This document shows positions 1 to 8,657 of a DNA stretch of 32,000 bases, in pieces; position 1 is the stretch's first letter; each line of letters opens with the position of its first letter. Under the pieces are notes generated by a model, which was not told the DNA's origin, searched no databases, and saw nothing but the letters and a program-made list of their open reading frames with translations. Position numbers and translations under genes: made by a program. This DNA is from Cupriavidus necator (GTDB taxonomy: Bacteria > Pseudomonadota > Gammaproteobacteria > Burkholderiales > Burkholderiaceae), in contig NZ_CP066019.1 in NCBI RefSeq assembly GCF_016127575.1, positions 1,020,001-1,052,000 of the forward strand. Direction: 5' to 3'.

Positions 1-1
1 C

Positions 2-403
2 ACGCCCGCTCCGCAGGGACGCGTGCGCAAGGGGGAAGTCGAAGGGCGCCTCGATGACGTGGTCGGTCATGGCTTCCTGCTGATCGCTCTTGACGATCCG
101 TTGCGCTACCTCGATGAAGGCCAGCTCGGTTTCCTTGAGCAACTCGGCTGCCATATCGTCGTGCTGTCCGACGCGGCGTCGATACCCGGGGCAGTGGTGG
201 AACTCAATGGCGCGCAGGCAGCGTTCATGCGCGCGCATGGCATGCAGGCTTACATCAGCCGGCCGGACTTTGCTGTCTTCGGCGGCGTTTCCGACCTGGC
301 GCATCTGCCCGGCCTGGTCGATTCCCTGCGCCAGAAGCTGCACTGGCGCGGTGCGGCGCAATCCAGCATGCTGGCCGGGACCAGCGCAGCGGCTGTTTCG
401 TGA
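2..403 (+). CDS. C-terminal fragment of a FAD-dependent aromatic-ring monooxygenase (PheA/TfdB/MhpA-like); the 5' end lies upstream of the window
   Basis: The frame is open from base 2 with no stop before the listed 23..403 ORF. The tail GRLDDVVGHGFLLIALDD...AYISRPDFAVFGG resembles the thioredoxin-like C-terminal domain of class A flavoprotein hydroxylases. Stop TGA 401-403 overlaps the GTG start of the next gene (GTGA). Confidence 0.5.
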   Translation, partial: TPAPQGRVRKGEVEGRLDDVVGHGFLLIALDDPLRYLDEGQLGFLEQLGCHIVVLSDAASIPGAVVELNGAQAAFMRAHGMQAYISRPDFAVFGGVSDLAHLPGLVDSLRQKLHWRGAAQSSMLAGTSAAAVS

Positions 404-1482
404 GCGCGGGAGCCATGATGACGACAACGGTTTCTTCGGCAGCGCTTGCGTTCCAGCGGGCGATGCCGGTCACACGCTTGCTGGATTGCGGCATGGACTA
501 TGCCGACGCCGTCCGGCTGTTCGACGCCACCAGCCGGGGAGAGGATTGGGATCGCGTGGCCGAGTCGCTCGCCGATGCTCAGCTGGAGCGCGCCGAGCAT
601 GCTGCCAGGGCCGGCCACCTGGTGACAGCCGCCCAGGCCCAGTCCATGGCGATTGCCGACCTGGTCTTTGCGCAGATGGCCTTCAATCACGACGCGCCAC
701 GCAAACTCGGCTTGTACAGTCGCCTGGTGGCTGCGACGCACCAGCTTTGCCACTGGTCCGCACAAGGCCTCGAGCGCGTTGAGCTTTCATTCGCAAATGG
801 TCGCCTGACAGGGTGGCTGATGCGCCCGCCAGCCGGCCACGCGCGCGGCACCGTGCTGCTCTTTGGCGGGCAGAGCGGCTGGGGGGTGGCATACCTGCCG
901 CTGGCGCGGGCCCTGGCGGAACGCGGTCTCGCCACGCTGATGGCGGAAGGCCCGGGGCAGGGCGAAACCCGGCTGGTCCACGGCATTCATGTCGACGTGG
1001 ATATTCCCGCGGCCTACCGGTGCTTTGTGTCACGGATAGCCGAGGATGCATCGCTTGGCGTCCCCGGCATCTGGGGGAACAGCGTGGGCGGGCTCTGGGC
1101 GGCAGCCACGGCAGCGACGGACGACAGGATCCGGGCGTGCTGCATCAACGGTGCCCTCGCAGCTCCCACACTGCTGCCGTTCCGGACGTTCGAGGAGCAG
1201 GCAGCCGCCATGCTGGGCAGCACGAACCAGGCAGCCATCCAGGCCAATTTCGAACGCATGCGCTTTCACTCGCACCGCGACAGGATCGCTTGCCCGCTGC
1301 TCGTGCTGCATGGCGGCGAGGATCCGTTGGTGAAGCTGGAAGACCAGCAGCCGTTCCTGGACGCGGCGCTCACGGACGACGTGACGCTACGAATCTGGCC
1401 GGATGGCGAGCATACGATCTACAACCACGCGGCCGAGCGGACTGCACTGGTGGCGGATTGGTTCGCGGACCGGCTCTGCTGA
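400..1482 (+). CDS. alpha/beta-fold hydrolase (DUF1100 / 2,6-dihydroxypseudooxynicotine-hydrolase-like)
   Basis: 360 aa. Nucleophile elbow GNSVGG, an acidic residue in LHGGEDPLV, and His in WPDGEHTIYNH near the C-terminus. Helical N-terminal lid region. GTGA start/stop overlap with the upstream gene. Confidence 0.8.
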   Translation: MSAGAMMTTTVSSAALAFQRAMPVTRLLDCGMDYADAVRLFDATSRGEDWDRVAESLADAQLERAEHAARAGHLVTAAQAQSMAIADLVFAQMAFNHDAPRKLGLYSRLVAATHQLCHWSAQGLERVELSFANGRLTGWLMRPPAGHARGTVLLFGGQSGWGVAYLPLARALAERGLATLMAEGPGQGETRLVHGIHVDVDIPAAYRCFVSRIAEDASLGVPGIWGNSVGGLWAAATAATDDRIRACCINGALAAPTLLPFRTFEEQAAAMLGSTNQAAIQANFERMRFHSHRDRIACPLLVLHGGEDPLVKLEDQQPFLDAALTDDVTLRIWPDGEHTIYNHAAERTALVADWFADRLC

Positions 1483-1499
1483 ATGGACGCCGCGCGCCG

Positions 1500-2405
1500 T
1501 CAAGCGCGCCGGATCTTCGCTTCTTCCACAGCCGCGCGCACGCACTCGGCCAGCAACTCTGACGCGCGGGTGCGCGTCGCGCGGGCCGTGCGCGCGATCA
1601 CCAGCGGCTGGCGCACGGTATCTTCCCGTATCGGCTTTTCCACGACGGCGGTGATCTGGGACGACGCCGGCGCCTGCGTGATCAGCAGCGCCGCGCCCAG
1701 TCCGTTCGCCACCATGCCGCGCGCCAGTTCCAGCGAAGTCGCGCGGTAGCGCACCTCGGGCTGCAGCCCGAATTGCCAGAACGGCGCCATCAGGAATTCA
1801 CGGCTGTGCGGCAGGTCGATCAGGATCAGCGGTTCCTGCGCCAGTTCGTGCAGCGACAGGCTGCCTTTGCGCCTGGCCAGCCGCGAGCCCGCGGGCAGCA
1901 GGCCGTAGGGCCGCAGCTCTGCCAGCAGTTCGCGCTCGATGTCTTCGGGCATGCCTACGTCGTAAGTCAGCGCCAGCTCGATCTGCCCGCCGTGCAGCCA
2001 GTCTTCCAGTTGTGCGAGATCCCCTTCGACAAAGCGTACCGACAGTTTGGGATAGCGCTCGCGTGCCAGGCGCAGCACCACCGGCAGATAGACCGGCGCC
2101 AGCGTGCGGAAGACGCCGATCTGCACCTCGCCCGCGGCGGCATCGCCGCTCTTGTCCACTTCAAATGCTGTTGCTGCTCCGAGGATGTGGCGCGCTTCCG
2201 CCAGCTTGCGTACGCCGAAGCGGGTCAGGGTCATCCTTGCGCCGACATCACGGGAGAACAAGGCTTCCTCGAACAGCGTCTCCAGTTCGCGGATGGCAAC
2301 GGAGATGGAGGGCTGCGAGACGTTCAGCAGCCGCGCAGCCGCCGTGGTGCTGCCGGTTTCGGCCGCCGCGGCGAAGTAGCGCAACAGCCGCAAGGAGACG
2401 CGCAT
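1500..2405 (-). CDS. LysR-family transcriptional regulator
   Basis: 301 aa. N-terminal wHTH LRYFAAAAETGSTTAAARLLNVSQPSISVAIRELE followed by a substrate-binding domain. Divergent from the CoA-transferase/ACAD pair. Confidence 0.9.
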   Translation of the reverse strand: MRVSLRLLRYFAAAAETGSTTAAARLLNVSQPSISVAIRELETLFEEALFSRDVGARMTLTRFGVRKLAEARHILGAATAFEVDKSGDAAAGEVQIGVFRTLAPVYLPVVLRLARERYPKLSVRFVEGDLAQLEDWLHGGQIELALTYDVGMPEDIERELLAELRPYGLLPAGSRLARRKGSLSLHELAQEPLILIDLPHSREFLMAPFWQFGLQPEVRYRATSLELARGMVANGLGAALLITQAPASSQITAVVEKPIREDTVRQPLVIARTARATRTRASELLAECVRAAVEEAKIRRA

Positions 2406-2520
2406 CAGAAAATCCTATAGGTGCTAGTCGAATTCAATATTTTACTTGATAGCCTGCGCTGCGCAGAATCGGTGTCACTGAAACGCAAGCCCGCGGGTTT
2501 GCAAGCCTGGAGGCCAAGAC

Positions 2521-3717
2521 GTGACTCATTCCGACCTGCCGCTTGCCGGCATCCGCGTGATCGATTTCTCGCGCGTGCTGGCGGGCCCTTACTGCACGGC
2601 GCTGCTCGGCGACCTTGGCGCAGAGGTGATCAAGATCGAACCGCCTGGCGGCGATGACTACCGCGCGGTCGGTCCCTTCGTCGATGGCAAGAGCGGTCTG
2701 TTCTCTGCCATGAACCGCAACAAGCAGAGCATCGTGATCGACCTGAAGACGGCAGCGGGCCTGGAGCTGGCGCGCTCGCTCTGCGCCCGGGCCGACGTGG
2801 TGGTCGAGAACTTCCGCCCGGGTGTCGCGGACAAGCTGGGCATCGGCTATGAGGCGCTGCGTGCGCTGAATCCGCCGGTGGTCTACGCCAGCGTGTCGGG
2901 CTTCGGCCAGACCGGGCCGGAATCGCACCGTCCGGCCTACGACATCATCCTGCAGGCAATGTGCGGGCTGATGGATGCCACCGGCGCCCCGGACGGCACC
3001 CCGACCATGCTGGGCGAGGCCGTCTCCGATGCGGTCAGCGGCCTGTTCGCCTCATGGGGCGTGCTGGCCGCGCTGCTGGCGCGCGAGAAGACCGGGCGGG
3101 GCACGCATGTCGATGTCTCGATGTTCGACGCCACCCTGAGCCTGAGCGCCACCCTGGTCGCGCGCTATGCCGCGACCGGCCTGGCGCCGCTGCGCGTCGG
3201 CAACCGCCATCCCTCGTCCGCGCCGTTCGGCGTGTACCGCGCCGCGGACGGCTTCTATGTGGTGGCGGTGCTGAACAACAAGCTGTTCCAGGCGCTGGCC
3301 AATGCCATCGGCCGGCCGGAGATGGCGCAGGACCCGCGCTTTGCCGACGACGAGACGCGCTGCCGCTTCGAGGGCGATCTGCGCGCCGGTCTCGAAGCCT
3401 GGTCGGCCAGCCGTTCCGTGGCCGAGGTGAACCGCCTGCTGAGCGAGGCGGGCATCCCTGTCGCGCCTATCCGCAACGTCAAGGAAGCCCTGGAGAGCGA
3501 CCATGCCGCCCACCGCGGCCTGCTTGCCGAAGTGCCCGGGCCGGAGGGCGGCACCGTGCGGTTGCCGTCGCAGCCGGTGAAGTTCTCCGGCTACGGCGCC
3601 AACCGCGTGACGCCCGCGCCGGCGCTGGGGCAGCACACCGAAGCCATCCTGGCCGAGCTGGCCAACGCTGCCACGGCGCATCCGCAAGTGTTCAGCAAGG
3701 AGAAACAACATGCATAA
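2521..3717 (+). CDS. CaiB/BaiF family (type III) CoA-transferase
   Basis: 398 aa. N-terminus LAGIRVIDFSRVLAGPYCTALLGDLGAEVIKIEPPGGDDYR is the family hallmark. GTG start preceded by GGAGG at 2509-2513. Confidence 0.9.
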   Translation: MTHSDLPLAGIRVIDFSRVLAGPYCTALLGDLGAEVIKIEPPGGDDYRAVGPFVDGKSGLFSAMNRNKQSIVIDLKTAAGLELARSLCARADVVVENFRPGVADKLGIGYEALRALNPPVVYASVSGFGQTGPESHRPAYDIILQAMCGLMDATGAPDGTPTMLGEAVSDAVSGLFASWGVLAALLAREKTGRGTHVDVSMFDATLSLSATLVARYAATGLAPLRVGNRHPSSAPFGVYRAADGFYVVAVLNNKLFQALANAIGRPEMAQDPRFADDETRCRFEGDLRAGLEAWSASRSVAEVNRLLSEAGIPVAPIRNVKEALESDHAAHRGLLAEVPGPEGGTVRLPSQPVKFSGYGANRVTPAPALGQHTEAILAELANAATAHPQVFSKEKQHA

Positions 3718-4849
3718 ACGACTGGGCGTAGAGCCGGGCGATCTTGAGATTGCCGATGCCATCGGACGCTTCGCGCAAAGCGAACTGGCGCCGAAGGCGG
3801 CCGAGGTGGACCGGGCCGAAGCCTCCACCACGTGCTATGTGCCGCAACTTGCCGAGCTCGGCCTGATGGGGATGAACCTGCCGGAGCGCTGGGGCGGGAC
3901 CGAGACTTCGCCGGTGGCACTGATCCTGTCGTTGGCGGAGGTTGCCAAGGCCTGCGCCTCGACCTCGTCGATGATCGGCGCGCACTACCTGGCTACCGAT
4001 TCCATCCTGATCGGCGGCGACGACAGCCTGCGCGAGCGCCACCTGCCGGATGCGGCCGCCGGCGGCAAGCTGGGCGCCTTTGCGCTGACCGAGCCGCGCG
4101 CCGGCTCCAACCCGGCGGACATGGCCACGCGCGCCACCCCGGAGGGCGACGGCTACCGCCTGCGCGGGGTCAAGCACTTCATCTCCAATGCGGACGCTGC
4201 GGACTTTATCGTCGTCTACGCCAAGACCGATCCCGCCGCCGGCACGCGCGGTATCAGCGCCTTCGTGGTGGACCGGCACAGCGAGGGCGTGCAGATCGCG
4301 CCCGCCGAGAAACTGATGGGAATTCGCGGGGCGCCGGCCCATGAGGTGGCGCTGGACTGCTTCGTTCCCGCCGCCAACCGGCTGGGGCCGGAAGGCACGG
4401 GCTTCCGTACCGCGATGAAGGTGCTGGACAACAGCCGCCTGGACGTGGCTGCCACCAGCCTGGGCATTGCCGAGGCAGCGCTGGCGTGCGCGGCGGACTG
4501 GGCCAGGCAGCGCCAGGTCGGCGGCGAGCCGCTGGCGCGCAAGCAAGGCCTGCAATGGATGTTTGCCGACATGCGCACGCGGCTGGAGGCGGCCTGGCTG
4601 CTGACCCTGCAGGCGGCGGTGCGGCGCCGGGACGGAGAGCCCTTCACCGAGCAGGCATCGATGGCCAAGCTCTATGCCTCGGAGATGGTCGGCTTTGTCA
4701 CCGACGCCGCGCTACAGATCCACGGCGGCTACGGCTTCACGCGCGAAATGCCGCTGGAGCGCCTGGTGCGCGATGCGCGGATCCTGCGCATCTATGAAGG
4801 CTCGTCGGAAATCCAGCGGACGGTGATCGCGCGCGCGGTGCTGGCGTAA
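3710..4849 (+). CDS. acyl-CoA dehydrogenase
   Basis: 379 aa. GAFALTEPRAGSNP, and C-terminal IYEGSSEIQR with the catalytic-Glu context. The ATG overlaps the upstream stop by 8 nt. AAGGAGA RBS. Confidence 0.9.
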   Translation: MHKRLGVEPGDLEIADAIGRFAQSELAPKAAEVDRAEASTTCYVPQLAELGLMGMNLPERWGGTETSPVALILSLAEVAKACASTSSMIGAHYLATDSILIGGDDSLRERHLPDAAAGGKLGAFALTEPRAGSNPADMATRATPEGDGYRLRGVKHFISNADAADFIVVYAKTDPAAGTRGISAFVVDRHSEGVQIAPAEKLMGIRGAPAHEVALDCFVPAANRLGPEGTGFRTAMKVLDNSRLDVAATSLGIAEAALACAADWARQRQVGGEPLARKQGLQWMFADMRTRLEAAWLLTLQAAVRRRDGEPFTEQASMAKLYASEMVGFVTDAALQIHGGYGFTREMPLERLVRDARILRIYEGSSEIQRTVIARAVLA

Positions 4850-4876
4850 GCGCCGCTGCAGATCCGACGGTGGGGA

Positions 4877-5440
4877 TCAGGGCGTGGCAGGCGTGTCGGG
4901 GCTGTCAGGCGTGGCGTCGGGCGCGGCAGGGGTGTCAGGCGTGGCAGCGGGCGTGGCGGGCTTGGCTTTCCGCGGCCGGGTGCCCGCACCGCGGCGGGCC
5001 TTCAGCTGCTGGGCCCGCTTGGCATCCGCCAGGCTGACGACGCCGGCCTCATTGCCCTCCAGGTCCAGCCGCTTGGCGCCTTCCACCATGCACGACCAAT
5101 AGCGTGCGCCGCTGCACCAGGTGCGGATCGCTTCACGCAGCTCCGCCTCGGTCAGGGCCAGCTTGCCCGCATGCTGGGCCAGATCCTCGAACGTGCCGAC
5201 CTTCAGCGGCACCTTGGGCGCCGGGTTCTTCGGAAACGCCTTGGGGAAGTGCTTCTGCAGCCGGGCAATGGAATGCACCACAGGATCGACGGGCGGCTTC
5301 GCGGGTGCCGCAGCCTGCGCGGCAGCCGGCGCAGGGCGCCGGCGCTTGCCTTCCGCCCGTGATTCGGCCTTTGCCTTGGATTCGGCCTTTGCCTTGTTTG
5401 CCAGTTGATCCCTTAGTGCTGCGAGTTGTTCAAAGCCCAT
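4877..5440 (-). CDS. ProQ/FinO-domain RNA-binding protein with repeat-containing disordered termini
   Basis: 187 aa from the internal ATG at 5440 (MGFEQLAALRDQL). The listed ORF runs to 5713, but the upstream 91 codons are not protein-like. Core LQKHFPKAFP...PLKVGTFEDLAQHAG...IRTWCSGARYW matches the ProQ/FinO fold signature (E. coli ProQ FPHCF...PLKIGIFQDL). Confidence 0.75.
   Translation of the reverse strand: MGFEQLAALRDQLANKAKAESKAKAESRAEGKRRRPAPAAAQAAAPAKPPVDPVVHSIARLQKHFPKAFPKNPAPKVPLKVGTFEDLAQHAGKLALTEAELREAIRTWCSGARYWSCMVEGAKRLDLEGNEAGVVSLADAKRAQQLKARRGAGTRPRKAKPATPAATPDTPAAPDATPDSPDTPATP
4901..4960 (-). repeat. imperfect 30-bp tandem repeat inside the ProQ/FinO CDS (Pro/Thr/Asp/Ala-rich C-terminal tail)
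   Basis: 4901-4930 versus 4931-4960 are identical at 25 of 30 positions by eye. They encode ...PDTPAAPDAT / PDSPDTPATP. Confidence 0.8.
5361..5396 (-). repeat. perfect 18-bp tandem duplication inside the ProQ/FinO CDS (encodes KAKAES-KAKAES)
   Basis: gattcggcctttgccttg at 5361-5378 is repeated exactly at 5379-5396, in frame. Confidence 0.95.
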
Positions 5441-5642
5441 GATATTTGCCGTTCTGTGAACCAGAATTGTAGCAAGGCTGGCCCAACGACAGGTTTGGCG
5501 GCATTTTGCATGCGGCGGGCATGGGCCGAATACGTCTCTCGCTGCCGCAAGGCGGGGCCGGACAGAAGGGCTCTCGGCGGGGGCGCCCTCACGTGATTGC
5601 CCTGAGCAGGCGGACCATCCGTTCGAAAATCGAGGAGCAGCG

Positions 5643-7559
5643 GTGGATTCCCATGCCATGAACGGTGAAACGCCAGACGCGTCGCATCCGCAGCAATCCC
5701 GTGCAGAGCTCACGCTTGCTGCGTTGGGCGTGGTCTACGGCGATATCGGCACGAGCCCCCTTTATGCGGTCAAGGAGACCTTCAATCCAGCCCACGGGAT
5801 CCCGCTCGTAACCGAGAACATACTTGGCGGTATCTCCGCGATCCTCTGGGCGCTGATGGTGGTGGTTTCGCTCAAGTATGTGATCCTCATCATGCGGGCA
5901 AACAACAGGGGCGAAGGTGGCATCATGGCACTGCTCGCGCTCGCCCTGTCGTCCGTGAAAAAGGTCGGTCGCTCGCCGACGCCGATCCTGCTGGTGGGCC
6001 TGTTCGGCGCGGCGCTCTTCTATGGCGATGCCGTGCTGACACCTGCCATGTCGGTGCTCTCGGCGCTCGAAGGCATCGAGGTGGGCACTACCGCGCTGCA
6101 GCCTTATGTCTTGCCGGCATCCGTGGGTGTGTTGATCGCGCTGTTCCTGTTCCAGCGGCATGGCACCGCCGCCATCGGCGCGCTGTTCGGGCCTGTCACG
6201 ATCGTGTGGTTTCTCGCCCTGGCCGCCGCGGGCATCCACGGCATCGCCCGGTATCCCGCAATCCTGGGCGCGCTCAGCCCGCTGCACGCGCTCGGCTTCG
6301 TCACGCAGCACGGGTTCGCCTCGTTCGCGGTGCTTGGGGCGGTGCTGCTCGCGTTCACCGGTGCCGAAGCGCTCTACGCCGATATGGGGCATTTCGGCAG
6401 TGCCCCGATTCGCCTGGCCTGGTTCGGGCTGGTATTCCCGGCGCTTGCGCTCAACTACCTGGGGCAGGGCGCGCTGATCATTGTGAATGCAAAAGCAATC
6501 GAGAACCCCTTCTACCTGCTGTATCCGTCGTGGGCCCTTTATCCGATGGTTGCACTCGCGACAGCGGCAACAGTGATCGCGTCGCAGGCGACGATTTCGG
6601 GTGCCTACTCGCTGACGAAACAGGGAATCCAGCTGGGCTATCTGCCACGCATGAACGTGGTGCACACATCGGAGCGAGCGATCGGTCAGATCTACATACC
6701 GACTCTCAACGGGATGTTGCTTGTTGCGGTTCTGGTTGCCGTGCTCGGCTTCGGATCTTCGTCCAATCTCGCTTCGGCGTACGGGGTCGCGGTCACCGGC
6801 ACGATGTTGGTGACGACGCTTCTCACCTTCTTTGTGATCCACTACGGTTGGCGCTACAACCTGCTGCTAAGCCTTGTCGCAACCGGCTTCTTTATTGCGG
6901 TGGATATGGCTTTCGTTTCCTCCAGCCTGTTGAAAGTTGCCGAAGGGGGCTGGTTCCCGCTCGTTGTCGGGGCTGGGATATTCGTCGTGATGCTGACATG
7001 GGTTCGCGGCCGGCAAGCGCTGTTGGAGCGGCTCCAAAGTACCGACGTGCCCCTCAAGTCGTTCCTGGATTCGCTGTTTCTCGCACCACCACCGCGCGTG
7101 CCCGGCACGGCGGTGTTCCTCACCCCGACACCGGATGTGGTGCCACACGCGTTGATGCATAACCTCAACCATAACAGGGTGCTACACGAGCGCGTCGTGT
7201 TTCTTACCGTGAAAATGAAGGATGTGCCATCGGTGCCGGCGACCGAGTGCGCAGCCGTTGAGCCGCTCGGACACGCCTGCTACAGGATAACGCTGCGCTT
7301 CGGCTTCATGAACCGGCCCGATGTCGCGCAGGCGCTCGGCGCTCTGCCTCCGGCGGCTGGCCTGGAGTTTGACATCATGGACACCTCGTTTTTCCTGAGT
7401 CGCGAGGCCATCGTCGCTGCAGCCGGCGGTCCCAGTGGCATGGCGTCATGGCGTGAACGTCTGTTTGCCACGATGAGCAGGAACGCCGGCAATGCTGCTG
7501 ATTACTTCAACATACCGGCAAATCGCGTGATCGAGATTGGCACGCAGATCAAGATCTAG
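5643..7559 (+). CDS. kup: KUP/HAK/KT family potassium uptake transporter
   Basis: 638 aa. LTLAALGVVYGDIGTSPLYAVKETF signature, polytopic membrane region, then a cytoplasmic C-terminal domain. GTG 5643 has GAGGAG 5 nt upstream. An alternative in-frame ATG lies at 5658. Confidence 0.93.
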   Translation: MDSHAMNGETPDASHPQQSRAELTLAALGVVYGDIGTSPLYAVKETFNPAHGIPLVTENILGGISAILWALMVVVSLKYVILIMRANNRGEGGIMALLALALSSVKKVGRSPTPILLVGLFGAALFYGDAVLTPAMSVLSALEGIEVGTTALQPYVLPASVGVLIALFLFQRHGTAAIGALFGPVTIVWFLALAAAGIHGIARYPAILGALSPLHALGFVTQHGFASFAVLGAVLLAFTGAEALYADMGHFGSAPIRLAWFGLVFPALALNYLGQGALIIVNAKAIENPFYLLYPSWALYPMVALATAATVIASQATISGAYSLTKQGIQLGYLPRMNVVHTSERAIGQIYIPTLNGMLLVAVLVAVLGFGSSSNLASAYGVAVTGTMLVTTLLTFFVIHYGWRYNLLLSLVATGFFIAVDMAFVSSSLLKVAEGGWFPLVVGAGIFVVMLTWVRGRQALLERLQSTDVPLKSFLDSLFLAPPPRVPGTAVFLTPTPDVVPHALMHNLNHNRVLHERVVFLTVKMKDVPSVPATECAAVEPLGHACYRITLRFGFMNRPDVAQALGALPPAAGLEFDIMDTSFFLSREAIVAAAGGPSGMASWRERLFATMSRNAGNAADYFNIPANRVIEIGTQIKI

Positions 7560-8602
7560 ACCGCCGGCGGCACCTGTTCTGCAAAGGACTCCGTGCCCCA
7601 GGCGTCCCGTACCTCGGCAGCCAGTTCATCGGCGCGCCCTTGATAGCGTGGCGAAAAATGGAACGGCGTCACCGCGCGTGCGCCTATGCTGCGCGCAATC
7701 CGCCCGGCCTGGGCGGCGGTCAGGTGGTTCTTGCGCAGGCCGTGTGCCCGGTCGACATCCAGGAACACGCTCTCGATGAAGAGCTGGTCGACGCCTTGCA
7801 TCAGTTGCGACAATGCTTGCACGTTCGCGCTCGTATAGCGCAGGTCGGTCACGTAGCCGATGCGCAGGCCGGGCTCGGTATCCAGGATCAGCCGGCTCAG
7901 CTCGCCGACCGTTCGCGCCGATGCATGGTCGCCGCTCCTGTCCCGCCATTGCACAAGGATCGGGGCATCGGCGGCCGCGCCGGTCAGGACCGCATGCTTG
8001 AGTTCGCGCAGCCAGGCGCCGGTGGTCAGGCCCGATGCAGCCAGGCGCTCCTTGTTGACGCCGAGCCGGGCCTTTTCCTCCACCAGGTAGGCCAGGCATG
8101 GAATCCCGTGATCGACAAAGCAGGCGCGCACCCGGAACGTCGCTTCGTCATGCACGATATCGCCGGCCCTCTCGACACACGCTTCGGCCTCCCTGGCAAA
8201 GCCGTGCCGGCTGGAAAAGCAGGCGTGCCGCATCTGCCCGTCGAGTCCAAGTTCGGCCACTTCGATGACCAGCTCGGTGGCGTAGCGATGCACCACGTTC
8301 CAGGTATAGGCAAGCAGCTTGTGCTCGACCTGTGCCAGGAATCCTGGCCCGCCGACCAGCACGAGGCGCGGCTTGCGCCCGAGCAGCACACGCAGCAGCT
8401 TGTCGAAGCCAGAGAAATGATCCATGTGCGCATGCGTGACAAATACATGCGACAGGCGCATCAGCTCGCGCGGCATCAGCCGGGCGATGTCGCCCAGGTC
8501 GAACAGCAGCGCGCGCCGTTCGTCCAGGAAGTCTACGAACAGCCCCGGATCGCCAAAGGCATCGTTGACGAGGCGGGCTTCCAGCAGGGGGCGCATGTTC
8601 AC
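7556..8602 (-). CDS. metallo-beta-lactamase-fold hydrolase, RNase Z/ElaC-like
   Basis: 348 aa. HxHxDH motif in FVTHAHMDHFSGFD, with later His/Asp motifs (FVDHGIP, YVTDLRY, TPFHFSPRY). The central segment GVNKERLAASGLTTGAWLRELK parallels the RNase Z region ...LKAAGVPPGPLFQELK. Start is GTG 8602 or ATG 8596. Confidence 0.8.
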   Translation of the reverse strand: MNMRPLLEARLVNDAFGDPGLFVDFLDERRALLFDLGDIARLMPRELMRLSHVFVTHAHMDHFSGFDKLLRVLLGRKPRLVLVGGPGFLAQVEHKLLAYTWNVVHRYATELVIEVAELGLDGQMRHACFSSRHGFAREAEACVERAGDIVHDEATFRVRACFVDHGIPCLAYLVEEKARLGVNKERLAASGLTTGAWLRELKHAVLTGAAADAPILVQWRDRSGDHASARTVGELSRLILDTEPGLRIGYVTDLRYTSANVQALSQLMQGVDQLFIESVFLDVDRAHGLRKNHLTAAQAGRIARSIGARAVTPFHFSPRYQGRADELAAEVRDAWGTESFAEQVPPAV

Positions 8603-8657
8603 TCGCGGTGCGACCGACGCTAAGGCTCAGGCAAGGGCGCACTGGTCCGGCTGCCGG

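Noticed and set aside
2413-2420. Recurring TATAGG/CCTATA hexamers in regulatory regions (2413-2420 CCTATAGG, 28118-28123, 29364-29369, 29401-29406, and within 17352-17376), considered as a shared regulatory motif
   Set aside because: A back-of-envelope expectation at this base composition is several occurrences per 32 kb on two strands. They concentrate in intergenic DNA simply because it is more AT-rich, and the flanks show no common extended motif.
5496-5510. TGGCGGcattTTGCA sigma-54-like element upstream of kup
   Set aside because: The spacer is one base short (N4 instead of N5) and the -24 box deviates (GCGG rather than GCAC). Sigma-54 promoters tolerate spacing changes poorly.
5441-5713. 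N-terminal extensions of listed ORFs (4877..5713, 13838.., 23915..25462, 25779..26318, 26657..28129, 27443..29338, 9351..11000, 10919..)
   Set aside because: In each case the homologous protein begins at an internal ATG with an RBS. The upstream part is non-protein-like or collides with a divergent gene or promoter.
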